This document shows positions 19,987-29,337 of a stretch of 64,000 nucleotides of DNA, one piece after another. The notes beneath the pieces are model-generated. The model was not told where the DNA came from and did not search any database. It saw only the letters and a program-made list of their open reading frames with translations. The position numbers and the translations under genes are program-made. The stretch's first letter is position 1. Each line of letters opens with the position of its first letter. This DNA is from an uncultured Verrucomicrobiota bacterium (GTDB lineage: Bacteria; Verrucomicrobiota; Kiritimatiellia; Kiritimatiellales; Pontiellaceae), in contig CAJYAJ010000003.1 in assembly GCA_913065005.1 (NCBI GenBank), positions 5,616 through 69,615 on the forward strand, given 5' to 3'.

Positions 19987-22063
19987 CCTCGCCGTTGCAC
20001 AAGCACGAGCCGCCTTGGATCAAATCGAACACCAACTTGAACCCCACCGGTTCGAAATCCACCCCCTATCAACCGTCGGCGACCGCGACCGAACCACCGA
20101 TCTCCGCCAAAGTCCCGCCGATTTTTTTACCCACGAACTCGATACCGCCTTACTCAACGGCACCATCGACTGTGCCCTGCACAGCGCCAAAGACCTCCCC
20201 GAACCCCTCGACCCCGAAATCGACTGGTTCTGGCTTCCCCACCGCGAAGAACCGCGCGACGCGCTCATCCTACGCCCCAATCAAACCCTCGCAGACCTGC
20301 CCCCAAATCCCATCTTCGGCATCAGTTCCGATCGCCGCGCCACATACACCACTGAACATTTCCCCGATGCCATCCAACAACCCATCCGTGGCAATATCGA
20401 AGATCGCCTTGAACAGCTCGATCAAGGCACCTTCGACGTCATCATCATGGCCGCCGCCGCACTCAACCGCCTTGAACTACAACACCGCATTCACCACTTC
20501 ATTTCACTCGATCACCTCCCCGTTCCCGAAGGACAAGGTTACCTCGCCATCACCTTCCGCAAAGGCGACACCCGCTTCCAAACCCTCCGCGCACTCTACA
20601 CCCCCGCCGTCACCATTGCCGGCGCAGGCGTCGGTCATCGCGACCTCTGCACCATCGCCACTCTCCGTGCACTCCAGCGCTGCGATCTCTGCCTATACGA
20701 CTCCCTCATGGATCAACGCCTTCTTGATCACCTCCCCCCCCACGCCGAAGCCATTGATGTCGGCAAACGCTGTGGTGCCCACACCAAAGAACAACACGAA
20801 ATCACACACCTACTCTGCGACTACGCCCGCCGAAGCCATCGCATCGTCCGCCTCAAAGGAGGCGACCCCGGTATCTTTGGCCGTTTAGCCGAAGAGACCG
20901 AAGCCCTCGAAGCCCTCGCGCTTCCCTACCACGTCATCCCCGGCATCAGCGCCCTGCAAGCCGCCACCACCAGCACCGGCATGCTGCTCACACGCCGCGA
21001 TCTCTCACGCGGATTCGTCGCACTCACCCCCCGTGCCGCAGCCGGAAAAATCGCCCCCTGCAACGCCGCCCACAAAGCCACCCTTCCAACCCTCTACTAC
21101 ATGGCCATCAAAGCCATGGAACCCATCACCGCCGAACTTCTTGCCGACGGACTCGACCCAAACACCCCCGTCGCCGTCGTCTACAACGCCGGCGCACGCG
21201 ATCAAGAAATCATCCGCACCACCCTCACCGACCTCCCCCAACACGGACGCGAAAGTTGCACCAATAAACCCGGACTCATTCTCATCGGAGAAAACAGCAC
21301 CTATCAATACACCCAAACACACGGCGCCCTCGAAGGGAAACGTATCCTACTCACCTGCTCCGAAGCCCTTCAACAACGCGCCGCCGACCTCGTACGCGAC
21401 TATGGAGGCATTCCCATCGCCTATCCCCTCATTCAGCTAACCCCCCGCATCGACTGCTCCCTTGACACCTCCACCACCGACTGGATCGTCATCTCCTCCC
21501 CCTCCTCCGCCCGCGCCTACCTCGAAATCATCGAAGCCCAACACATCGACCGCCGCACCATTCCCCGCATCATGGTCTGCGGACGCGGCACCGCCGCCGT
21601 CTTTGCCGAACACGGCATTCACGTGGACGCCCAACCCGAAACGAACTATAGCGCTCACGCCCTCGCCCAACTCGCCACCCAAATCCTCAAACCGCATGAC
21701 CGCGTACTCCGCCTCCGCTCAGACAAAGCCGGCACCACCCTCGCCGAAGCCCTACGCCAAACCGGCGCACACATCACCGACACCATCCTCTACGACAACC
21801 ACCCCATTCATCACGCCACCCTGCCCACCGCCGACATCCTCTTTTTCGCCAGCGCCTCCGGCGTTGAAACCTTTATCGACCACTGGGGAACCGAAGCCCT
21901 CAAAACCACACCATGCATTGTGATCGGCAATCCCACCGCTAAAGCGCTCCACAAACATGATTGCACGCCCGATCTCATTGCCCATGAAGCGACCGTTCAA
22001 AGTGTCGTCGAAACCCTCGCCGCTCACCACATATCCAACCGCCTCGACACCCCCGGCTCATGA
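19940..22063 (+). CDS. hemC: Fusion: hydroxymethylbilane synthase (short) + uroporphyrinogen-III C-methyltransferase + uroporphyrinogen-III synthase (HemC-CobA-HemD)
   Basis: GTRPSNLA, HSAKD, RGN, GQG (HemC); GAG.G, RLKGGDP.IFGR..EE, PGISA (CobA); SSPSS, FASASGV, IG.PTA (HemD); start 19940 preferred over 19889. Confidence 0.88.
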   Translation: MKRSPTTFKVGTRPSNLAVAQARAALDQIEHQLEPHRFEIHPLSTVGDRDRTTDLRQSPADFFTHELDTALLNGTIDCALHSAKDLPEPLDPEIDWFWLPHREEPRDALILRPNQTLADLPPNPIFGISSDRRATYTTEHFPDAIQQPIRGNIEDRLEQLDQGTFDVIIMAAAALNRLELQHRIHHFISLDHLPVPEGQGYLAITFRKGDTRFQTLRALYTPAVTIAGAGVGHRDLCTIATLRALQRCDLCLYDSLMDQRLLDHLPPHAEAIDVGKRCGAHTKEQHEITHLLCDYARRSHRIVRLKGGDPGIFGRLAEETEALEALALPYHVIPGISALQAATTSTGMLLTRRDLSRGFVALTPRAAAGKIAPCNAAHKATLPTLYYMAIKAMEPITAELLADGLDPNTPVAVVYNAGARDQEIIRTTLTDLPQHGRESCTNKPGLILIGENSTYQYTQTHGALEGKRILLTCSEALQQRAADLVRDYGGIPIAYPLIQLTPRIDCSLDTSTTDWIVISSPSSARAYLEIIEAQHIDRRTIPRIMVCGRGTAAVFAEHGIHVDAQPETNYSAHALAQLATQILKPHDRVLRLRSDKAGTTLAEALRQTGAHITDTILYDNHPIHHATLPTADILFFASASGVETFIDHWGTEALKTTPCIVIGNPTAKALHKHDCTPDLIAHEATVQSVVETLAAHHISNRLDTPGS

Positions 22064-24051
22064 TCTCATTAAACCCGCAACCCACTCCCCCCGCCGTCGA
22101 AACGACTGACCGCTTTTTTGAACCTAGCGGCCTCCTCGAAACCCATTGCGAAAGCCACAAACTCCCGTTTGATCTCAGACCCCAACAGCAAAAAATGGCC
22201 CGCGCTGTCGCCGAAGCCGCCGCCGCGCCCCATCACCTCGCCGTGGAAGCCGGCACCGGCGTCGGGAAAAGTTATGCCTATCTCGTCCCCGCCCTCCTCA
22301 CCGCCCTTGAACGCGACACACGCTGCGTCATCTCCACCTACACCATCACCCTTCAAGAACAACTTTTTCATAAAGACGTTCCGCACGTTCAAACCATTCT
22401 TGGCACGCAACTAAAAACCGTTCTCGTCAAAGGACGCTCCAACTACCTCTGCTTACTCCGCCTCCAACGCGCCCGTAAAGGCGGCGATTTATTCGACACC
22501 GAAAAAACCCGTCAACTCGAAACCCTCGCCCAAGCTGCCAATGATCGGCGCGTCGGCGACGGCACCCTTCAAGAACTCGAAGAACAACCCGATCCTGAAG
22601 TCTGGTCCGCCGTATGTGCCGAACACGGCAACTGCACCGGCAAACGCTGCCCCTTCTATAAACCCTGTCACTACATGCAAGCCCGACAAGAACTTCAAGA
22701 CGCCCGGATTCTCATCGTCAACCACGCCCTCTTCTTCTCCGAGCTCGCACTCCGCGCAGAAGGCGCCAACATGCTTCCCGCCTACGAAACCGTCATCTTC
22801 GATGAAGCCCACCAAATGGAAGCCGCCGCCTCCTCCCACCTCGGCATTCGCTGCTCCCTACCCCAGATCGAATATTGGCTACGACGTCTCCACAGCGAAA
22901 AACGGCGAGGCATCCTAGCCACGCAAAAAGACGGCCACGGCTGCCTACTCGTCGACCAAGCCCGACAAGCGGCCGAAACCTTCTTTGAAAACATCCAGCG
23001 ACACACCACCCTTACTAGCCAGACGGCCCAAAAAAGAATCAACGAACCCCTTGCCATTGAATCCGACTGCCCCGCCAAACTCGCCCGCCTCTGCGACCAT
23101 CTCAAGCAACTCGCCGACTCTATCGAAAACGAAGACACTCAAGCCGAACTCCGCTCCCTGCGAAGTCGTGGGCTTGAAATTCGCGATAGCCTCGAAGCCT
23201 TTCTCGCCCAAACCCTCCCCGGTCATGTCTACTGGATCGAACGCCAAGGCCGGCGCCGCCTTCCCGTTCTTCTATCTGCCCCCATCAACGTCGGGCCCAT
23301 CCTCCGAGAGGCCCTCTTTGAGCCTACCCCCTGCGTCATTCTCACCAGTGCAACCCTCGCCGTTGGCGGCGAACTCAACTACTTTCTCCAACGGATCGGT
23401 GGCGAAGGCTGCTCTCCCCTACAAGTCGGCTCCCCATTTGACTACAGCCGTCAAATGCAGCTACAACTCCCCACCGAATTCCCCCCGCCCAATCACGCAG
23501 AATATGAACCCCGCGCCACCAAAGCCATCGCCCGACTCGTACATCAATCACAAGCCCGCGCCTTTGTTCTCTTCACCAACACTCGCTTTATGCGCCACGT
23601 CGCCGACGAACTTCGCCACGAATTCGAAACCGAAGGCTACCGCTTTCTCGTTCAAGGAAGCGGGCTCGCCCCCCGAAAAATGCTCGAATCTTTCCGAGAA
23701 CATCATGCAGGCGTTCTCTTCGGGCTCGATCGTTTCTGGATGGGGGTCGACGTTCAAGGCGAAGCCCTTAGCCACGTCATCATCACCCGCCTTCCTTTCG
23801 CCGTTCCTGATCACCCACTCATTGAAGCCCGCTTCGAAGCCATCCAAGCCCGAGGGGGAAACCCCTTCATGGAATACGCACTCCCCGAAGCGGTTCTTAA
23901 ATTCCGACAAGGAATCGGACGGCTCATCCGCTCCGCCGAAGATCGCGGCACCATCACCATCCTAGACAGTCGAATCTGCACCCAACCCTACGGACGCCTC
24001 TTTCTCGAATCGATCGAAGATTGCCCCACCGAATCCATCGACCTCCCTTAA
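22060..24051 (+). CDS. dinG: DinG/YoaA-family Fe-S helicase
   Basis: RPQQ, EAGTGVGKS, KGRSNYLC, Cys cluster, DEAH, TSATL, QGIGRLIR. Confidence 0.93.
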   Translation: MISLNPQPTPPAVETTDRFFEPSGLLETHCESHKLPFDLRPQQQKMARAVAEAAAAPHHLAVEAGTGVGKSYAYLVPALLTALERDTRCVISTYTITLQEQLFHKDVPHVQTILGTQLKTVLVKGRSNYLCLLRLQRARKGGDLFDTEKTRQLETLAQAANDRRVGDGTLQELEEQPDPEVWSAVCAEHGNCTGKRCPFYKPCHYMQARQELQDARILIVNHALFFSELALRAEGANMLPAYETVIFDEAHQMEAAASSHLGIRCSLPQIEYWLRRLHSEKRRGILATQKDGHGCLLVDQARQAAETFFENIQRHTTLTSQTAQKRINEPLAIESDCPAKLARLCDHLKQLADSIENEDTQAELRSLRSRGLEIRDSLEAFLAQTLPGHVYWIERQGRRRLPVLLSAPINVGPILREALFEPTPCVILTSATLAVGGELNYFLQRIGGEGCSPLQVGSPFDYSRQMQLQLPTEFPPPNHAEYEPRATKAIARLVHQSQARAFVLFTNTRFMRHVADELRHEFETEGYRFLVQGSGLAPRKMLESFREHHAGVLFGLDRFWMGVDVQGEALSHVIITRLPFAVPDHPLIEARFEAIQARGGNPFMEYALPEAVLKFRQGIGRLIRSAEDRGTITILDSRICTQPYGRLFLESIEDCPTESIDLP

Positions 24052-25973
24052 GGCCGACTCACCTCGATCTGATAAAACAACTGCCCCTCCGCACGCTCCA
24101 CTGAATCCGTATATCGATTCACCGGATACGGCAAAAAAGAGGAAATTGGACTAAAACCATCAAAGATCAAGTTGGAGCTCATTAAGATGCGGTACAAGCT
24201 TCCTTCTACTGAATTCCAAGAAATAATTTGCCCTGAAAGGGTTATATCGAAATCATCAATAAAAAAAACTGAATCCGCATTTAGCGGATCTGTTCCTGCA
24301 ACATACTCGGTTAAATTATTACTTCCATCTCCATCAGCATCCACATCTGGCAAAGCAACTGTTGAACCGAACTGTGCAACCTCCCAACTATCCGGCATGC
24401 CATCTAAATCTGCATCTGCCGGCAAACTCCCGCTCAAATAAAAAGCTCCCATGCTTGCATAATCTGAAAACCCACTTGGCGAAGAATTTAAAGGATCGCC
24501 ACTACCCGCCCCATCGACTTCAATAAAATAACTTCCCGACGAAAGCGTTATATCCACTTCTGCATGAAGCCTATTAATAACCTGATTTGAGAACACAACC
24601 GTACCAGAATGATCTAAAATACGAATCTGTATATTCAATGAGCTGCCCCAGTTCTGATATGATGTTCCATAATAGTTATTTGTTGTAGGATAAGCCGATA
24701 ACAGCAGTCGTCCTGATATAGGGATGTCTAACTGGAACACATCCACATCATTGCGGTTCTGGATAACACCAGCATAAGCGAGATTGCCAGTTGAATCTGG
24801 CTGTATTAAGAGAGGAGATGCAAGATCCCCTTCAAGATCCGTTAATTTGGAGAATTGATAACCAATAATGGACAAATCATCTTCCTGAGTATTGTTAGCC
24901 AAAGCATATTCACCTATACTCCATGCCCTAACATTCCTGTTATATGCTGTTCCCATTATTGGCCCCCAGGTGATATCTCCACCATGGCCCCTATAATATT
25001 CTGCCGAGTTATTCCCATCGTGATTTAACCCTAAATTATGACCTATTTCATGAGAACAAATTAAAGCAATATCTTCAGCTGAAGAATAGGTTGCTCCATT
25101 AACCCAAGCGGGTGAATAATATCGTACGTTATCAGGAGAGAAATTTTGTAAAGAGTAATACGGAGTTCCCAGTATAGCAATTCCACCATAACCTGAAACG
25201 GGTGTAACTTGATTATTCTTATCTAAACTTTTCGTAATAAGTGCATGATAAAAGTAAGGGTTTGGGTATGGATCTTCGGTTGTTACATTAACATCAAAAG
25301 TTTCAAAATCTGAGGCAACTCCACGCCAAATATCTTCAATATACTGCTGCTCTATTGGACTAAACGTTGTTTCGTCTGCATCACGTGAATAAGGCCGTGT
25401 ATCCCATGAGCTAATATTGTAATCAGGATCATTATTCCAATATGTGTTCGATACAATCATCCCATTGAAATCGAGGAAAATGATATTTTGTGATTCAGGC
25501 CGACTATTTAAAACAGGAGGTGAAGATATAGGAACCGATTGGTTATAGGTTGATTTAACGATCCCTTTTTCCGAATGCTCGGCAACCATTGGCAACTTAT
25601 GACCGCAAAGCCCAGAACAGACATAATGAATCTCCCCGTGAGGACCAATCCGAATGGAATCTAAATTATTAGTTATAGCAGGTGAATACCAAATCCTCTT
25701 CAGGATACGCTCCTGCGCTACATCATCCAAAGCAAGGAGTTTGTCCCGGAAAACACCCTGCGGCAACTGCCTTCTAATTAATATCAGTTCGCCATCTGGT
25801 GGAGACGCTACCCCCTCAGGCTCTGGAAATGCATGCCGATATGTAGAAACATCCAGCGGCACCCCTAAAGGCAGTGTATTCTCCGACAGGCTCGCAATCT
25901 CATCTTGCCCGCGATTACTCCACCAGATTACAAGAAGTAGAATAAAAAATATTAATATTCGCCAGCGTTTCAT
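24048..25973 (-). CDS. Secreted metzincin-type zinc metalloprotease with DxDxDG Ca-binding repeats
   Basis: HEIGHNLGLNH (HExxHxxGxxH), Met-turn PIMG, DADLDGMPDSWE and DADGDG, N-terminal hydrophobic segment; AT-rich. Confidence 0.85.
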   Translation of the reverse strand: MKRWRILIFFILLLVIWWSNRGQDEIASLSENTLPLGVPLDVSTYRHAFPEPEGVASPPDGELILIRRQLPQGVFRDKLLALDDVAQERILKRIWYSPAITNNLDSIRIGPHGEIHYVCSGLCGHKLPMVAEHSEKGIVKSTYNQSVPISSPPVLNSRPESQNIIFLDFNGMIVSNTYWNNDPDYNISSWDTRPYSRDADETTFSPIEQQYIEDIWRGVASDFETFDVNVTTEDPYPNPYFYHALITKSLDKNNQVTPVSGYGGIAILGTPYYSLQNFSPDNVRYYSPAWVNGATYSSAEDIALICSHEIGHNLGLNHDGNNSAEYYRGHGGDITWGPIMGTAYNRNVRAWSIGEYALANNTQEDDLSIIGYQFSKLTDLEGDLASPLLIQPDSTGNLAYAGVIQNRNDVDVFQLDIPISGRLLLSAYPTTNNYYGTSYQNWGSSLNIQIRILDHSGTVVFSNQVINRLHAEVDITLSSGSYFIEVDGAGSGDPLNSSPSGFSDYASMGAFYLSGSLPADADLDGMPDSWEVAQFGSTVALPDVDADGDGSNNLTEYVAGTDPLNADSVFFIDDFDITLSGQIISWNSVEGSLYRILMSSNLIFDGFSPISSFLPYPVNRYTDSVERAEGQLFYQIEVSRP

Positions 25974-26010
25974 GATCAAACACTACCATAAACAAAAGAA
26001 TATCACGTGT

Positions 26011-28404
26011 TTAAATTCGTATATCAGCAGGCAAATCTCGACACAATAAATCCATCACCTGCTGATGTGTCTTATTCACTTTTTTATCCGTTAGAGTCTG
26101 CCTCGAAGAGCGATAGACAAAGTTATACGCTAAACTTTTCTTTCCCTTCTCCATACCCTTACCCGTATAAATATCAAATAATTCCATTCGCTCTAAATCT
26201 TTCGGATTTGCCTTTTCCACTAATTTCATCACCGCTTCATGCGTAATATTCGCATCCACCACTAAGGCCAAATCCCGACTCATGCTCGGATAAACAGGCA
26301 CCTCCACCACCGGATCCAATCGATCTGCCTCCGCTAACAAAGCCTCCAGCGAAAGTTCCGCCACCGCTACCGCATCATGTAACCGCCACAACGCCCCGAT
26401 CTCTGCTCTCAGCAACCCCAACGAACCAATACAACGTTCCCCATGATAGATCTCAACCGCCTGTCCCACCTCAAACGGCGCATCTTCAAACGCCTCAAAC
26501 CGAACCGACCCCAATCCTTGGTGCTCAACCAACTGCTCCACTAAACCCTTCATCCAAATAAACGACTCCTCCGCCCTTACCGCCGCCCGTTTATCCAACC
26601 GACCTCGGCCCACCGGCCCCATCAAGCCAATCGATATGCGCTCCTCCTGCACCAACGCACCCTCTCTCCGATTAAAAACCCGACCCAACTCATAAAAACA
26701 CGCCTCTTCCACCTGACGCGCATGGTTCCTACCCAAACTCTCCACCAACTGCGGAATCAACGACGGACGCAATACCGACTGATCCTCACTAATCGGATGA
26801 GGCAACGGCTCACGAACCGCCTGATTCTCTTTATCGAACCGATCCAAAAGCGCGTCACTCACCAGCGTGTAATTCATAATCTCGCTCACACCCAACCCCT
26901 GCAACCCATTACGCAACTCACGCACCAACCGCGTTCTCACATCACTGCAACCCGCAACCAACCGCGCCTCTGGCGACTGCTCCGGGATTCGATCCATCCC
27001 ATAAATACGCGCCACCTCTTCAACCACATCGATTTCCCGCCCCATATCCAACCGAAACGCAGGCGGCACAACCTTCGCACACACCCCATCATCCTCACGC
27101 AACTCCATTCCCAACTTCGTTAAAATAGACCGCATCTCCTCCACCGTAACCGGCGCACCAATCCGCCGCGCAATCCGCGCCCAATCCACCTCAATCTCCA
27201 CCGAAACAATCGGAGCCGCATACGCATCCACCAAAACCGAACAATCCCTCGCCCCCGTATGCTCCATCAATAACATCGCCGCCCGCTCACTCGCTGCCGC
27301 AACCGAATCCGCACACACGCCTCGCTGAAATCGATACGAAGCCTCCGAATGCAACCCCAACCCCTTCGCCGTCGCCCGAATGGTTGACGCCTCAAAACAA
27401 GCCGCCTCCAAAATAACCGTAGTCGTATCCTCAACCACTTCGCTATTCGCACCCCCCATCACACCCGCCAACGCCAACGCTTTTTCACGATCCGCAATCA
27501 CCAACATATCCGCCGACAACACCCGTTCGACCCCATCCAACGTAACCAACTTCTCATCTGCCGCAGCCCATCGCACCTGAAGCTCATCCCCCGCAATCGC
27601 TCGCCGATCAAACGCATGCAACGGATGCCCCGTCTCCAACATCACATAATTGGTCACATCCACCACATTGTTAATCGGGCGAATTCCCACCGCTTCCAAT
27701 CGATCCTGCATCCACTTCGGCGACGGCGCCACCTTTACACCCTCAATCCTCCGCACACTATACCGCGGTGCTGCCACCGCATCGCAAACCTCGACCGTAC
27801 AATCCGAAACCGCACTCTCCAGCACCTCCACCGCTGGCAACCGAATCGGCTGATCACTCAACACCGCCAACTCACGCGCCACACCCACCATCGACAAACA
27901 ATCCGGACGATTCGGCGTAATCTCCAATTCAATCACCGTCTCCGGCGCTCCCCACACCTCAACAAAAGGCGTTCCCGCAACCACAGTCGCATCCAACTCC
28001 AACAAACCTGAATGATCGGCTCCCAATCCCAGTTCATCCTTTGCGCACAACATGCCCATCGAAACTTCACCCCGGATCTTCGCCTTCTTTAATGTAAATC
28101 CACCCGGCAACGTAGTTCCCACAGGCGCAAATGGATAAACCCCATCAATCGCCACATTCGGCGCTCCACAAACCACCCGCATCGGCTCGTCGTTTCCATA
28201 CTCCACCGTACACAACCGCAACGTATCCGCATTCGGATGCGGCTCCACCGCCACCACACGACCCGCCACCACGCCCGCAAAATCCGAACCCACCGTCTCA
28301 ATCGCTTCCACTTCCAGCCCCGCAAAGGTCAACCGATCCGACAATCCCTCCAGATCCGCATCCACCTTCACCAACTCATTTAACCAACTCACCGGAACTT
28401 TCAT
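26011..28404 (-). CDS. pheT: Phenylalanine-tRNA ligase beta subunit
   Basis: MKVPVSWL start after SD GGAG, HPNAD, ITPNRPD, EEVARIYG, FDX-ACB end RDLA..LFDIY.G..KSLA. Confidence 0.96.
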   Translation of the reverse strand: MKVPVSWLNELVKVDADLEGLSDRLTFAGLEVEAIETVGSDFAGVVAGRVVAVEPHPNADTLRLCTVEYGNDEPMRVVCGAPNVAIDGVYPFAPVGTTLPGGFTLKKAKIRGEVSMGMLCAKDELGLGADHSGLLELDATVVAGTPFVEVWGAPETVIELEITPNRPDCLSMVGVARELAVLSDQPIRLPAVEVLESAVSDCTVEVCDAVAAPRYSVRRIEGVKVAPSPKWMQDRLEAVGIRPINNVVDVTNYVMLETGHPLHAFDRRAIAGDELQVRWAAADEKLVTLDGVERVLSADMLVIADREKALALAGVMGGANSEVVEDTTTVILEAACFEASTIRATAKGLGLHSEASYRFQRGVCADSVAAASERAAMLLMEHTGARDCSVLVDAYAAPIVSVEIEVDWARIARRIGAPVTVEEMRSILTKLGMELREDDGVCAKVVPPAFRLDMGREIDVVEEVARIYGMDRIPEQSPEARLVAGCSDVRTRLVRELRNGLQGLGVSEIMNYTLVSDALLDRFDKENQAVREPLPHPISEDQSVLRPSLIPQLVESLGRNHARQVEEACFYELGRVFNRREGALVQEERISIGLMGPVGRGRLDKRAAVRAEESFIWMKGLVEQLVEHQGLGSVRFEAFEDAPFEVGQAVEIYHGERCIGSLGLLRAEIGALWRLHDAVAVAELSLEALLAEADRLDPVVEVPVYPSMSRDLALVVDANITHEAVMKLVEKANPKDLERMELFDIYTGKGMEKGKKSLAYNFVYRSSRQTLTDKKVNKTHQQVMDLLCRDLPADIRI

Positions 28405-28476
28405 ACCATCTCTCCAAAAACTGAAACCGCATTCATACCCCGAAGCCCCGCTCATCTCAAGCGGGAAGCAAGCCAC

Positions 28477-28506
28477 AAAAAAAGCCGCTCCTCTCAAGGA
28501 ACGGCT
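28477..28506 (-). terminator. Intrinsic terminator downstream of rpsD
   Basis: Minus strand AGCCGTTCC-TTGAGA-GGAGCGGCT stem followed by a T-run. Confidence 0.75.
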
Positions 28507-28529
28507 CTCGACTCCATTCACTCCGTGAA

Positions 28530-29132
28530 TTATCGAGCGTAGAACTCCACAACCAGTGAAACTTCGCACGTCACCGGAACTTCTTCCGCCTGCGGCAACC
28601 GATTCAACTCAGCAGTCAGCTGCTTATCATTCGCCGTTATATACTCAGGTGTTTTTGCCACCTGCTGCGCCAACACAAACGCTTCCAACTCTTTTGACTT
28701 TTCACGCACCGTAATCTGGTCGCCAATTCGAACGCTATACGAAGGAATATTCACCTTCTTTCCATTCACCCGGAAATGCGCATGCGAAACCATCTGACGC
28801 GCCTGAAAAATCGAACGAGCCATCCCCGCCCGCAAAACCACCACATCCAAGCGGCTTTCCAATATCTGCAACATCACTTCACCCGTATTCCCCTGCTTAC
28901 GAGACGCCTTCGTGTATACCCCACGCAACTGCTTCTCGCTCAAGTTATACTGGTAACGCAACCGCTGCTTTTCCGTCAGCTGCTTACCATAATCCGACTG
29001 TTTACCTCGCCGACGATTCGGCCCATGTTGCCCCGGCGGATTCGGCCGCCGTTCCAAAAAACGTTCTGACTTCGGTGAAAGCGCAATGCCCAACCGACGA
29101 GCCTTCTTAATCTTAGGTCCTGTATACTTCAT
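28530..29132 (-). CDS. rpsD: 30S ribosomal protein S4 (no Zn-ribbon cysteines)
   Basis: YTGP, PPGQHG, SDYGKQL.EKQ, LESRLD, ARQMVSH, VVEFYAR; SD AGGAG. Confidence 0.97.
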   Translation of the reverse strand: MKYTGPKIKKARRLGIALSPKSERFLERRPNPPGQHGPNRRRGKQSDYGKQLTEKQRLRYQYNLSEKQLRGVYTKASRKQGNTGEVMLQILESRLDVVVLRAGMARSIFQARQMVSHAHFRVNGKKVNIPSYSVRIGDQITVREKSKELEAFVLAQQVAKTPEYITANDKQLTAELNRLPQAEEVPVTCEVSLVVEFYAR

Positions 29133-29337
29133 GTTAACTCCTACCTCCGCCTGCTTCTCTGCAAATTAAGCCAGCTCTACTGGCCACTCCTTCGACTCAA
29201 CGAGACGGAGTGCTCGCCCCGCACCGTGCGGTATTTCCATGGCGATGATCCTCTACTCAAGATTCCGTTAGCGGAAAAGGCGCCTATACAACCCAAATTG
29301 ACCGACCTCGTCAACCCCATAACCCCCTTTTTAATCC

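Noticed and set aside
24048-25973. Mobile element or prophage at the AT-rich protease gene
   Set aside because: No integrase, transposase, terminal repeats or tRNA target is visible; only composition differs.
28405-28569. 55-aa N-terminal extension of PheT in the ORF track (similar extensions for ugd, ccsA, trpB, yicC, ruvA)
   Set aside because: The extension runs through the rpsD terminator; family N-termini and SD or overlap positions support the downstream ATGs.
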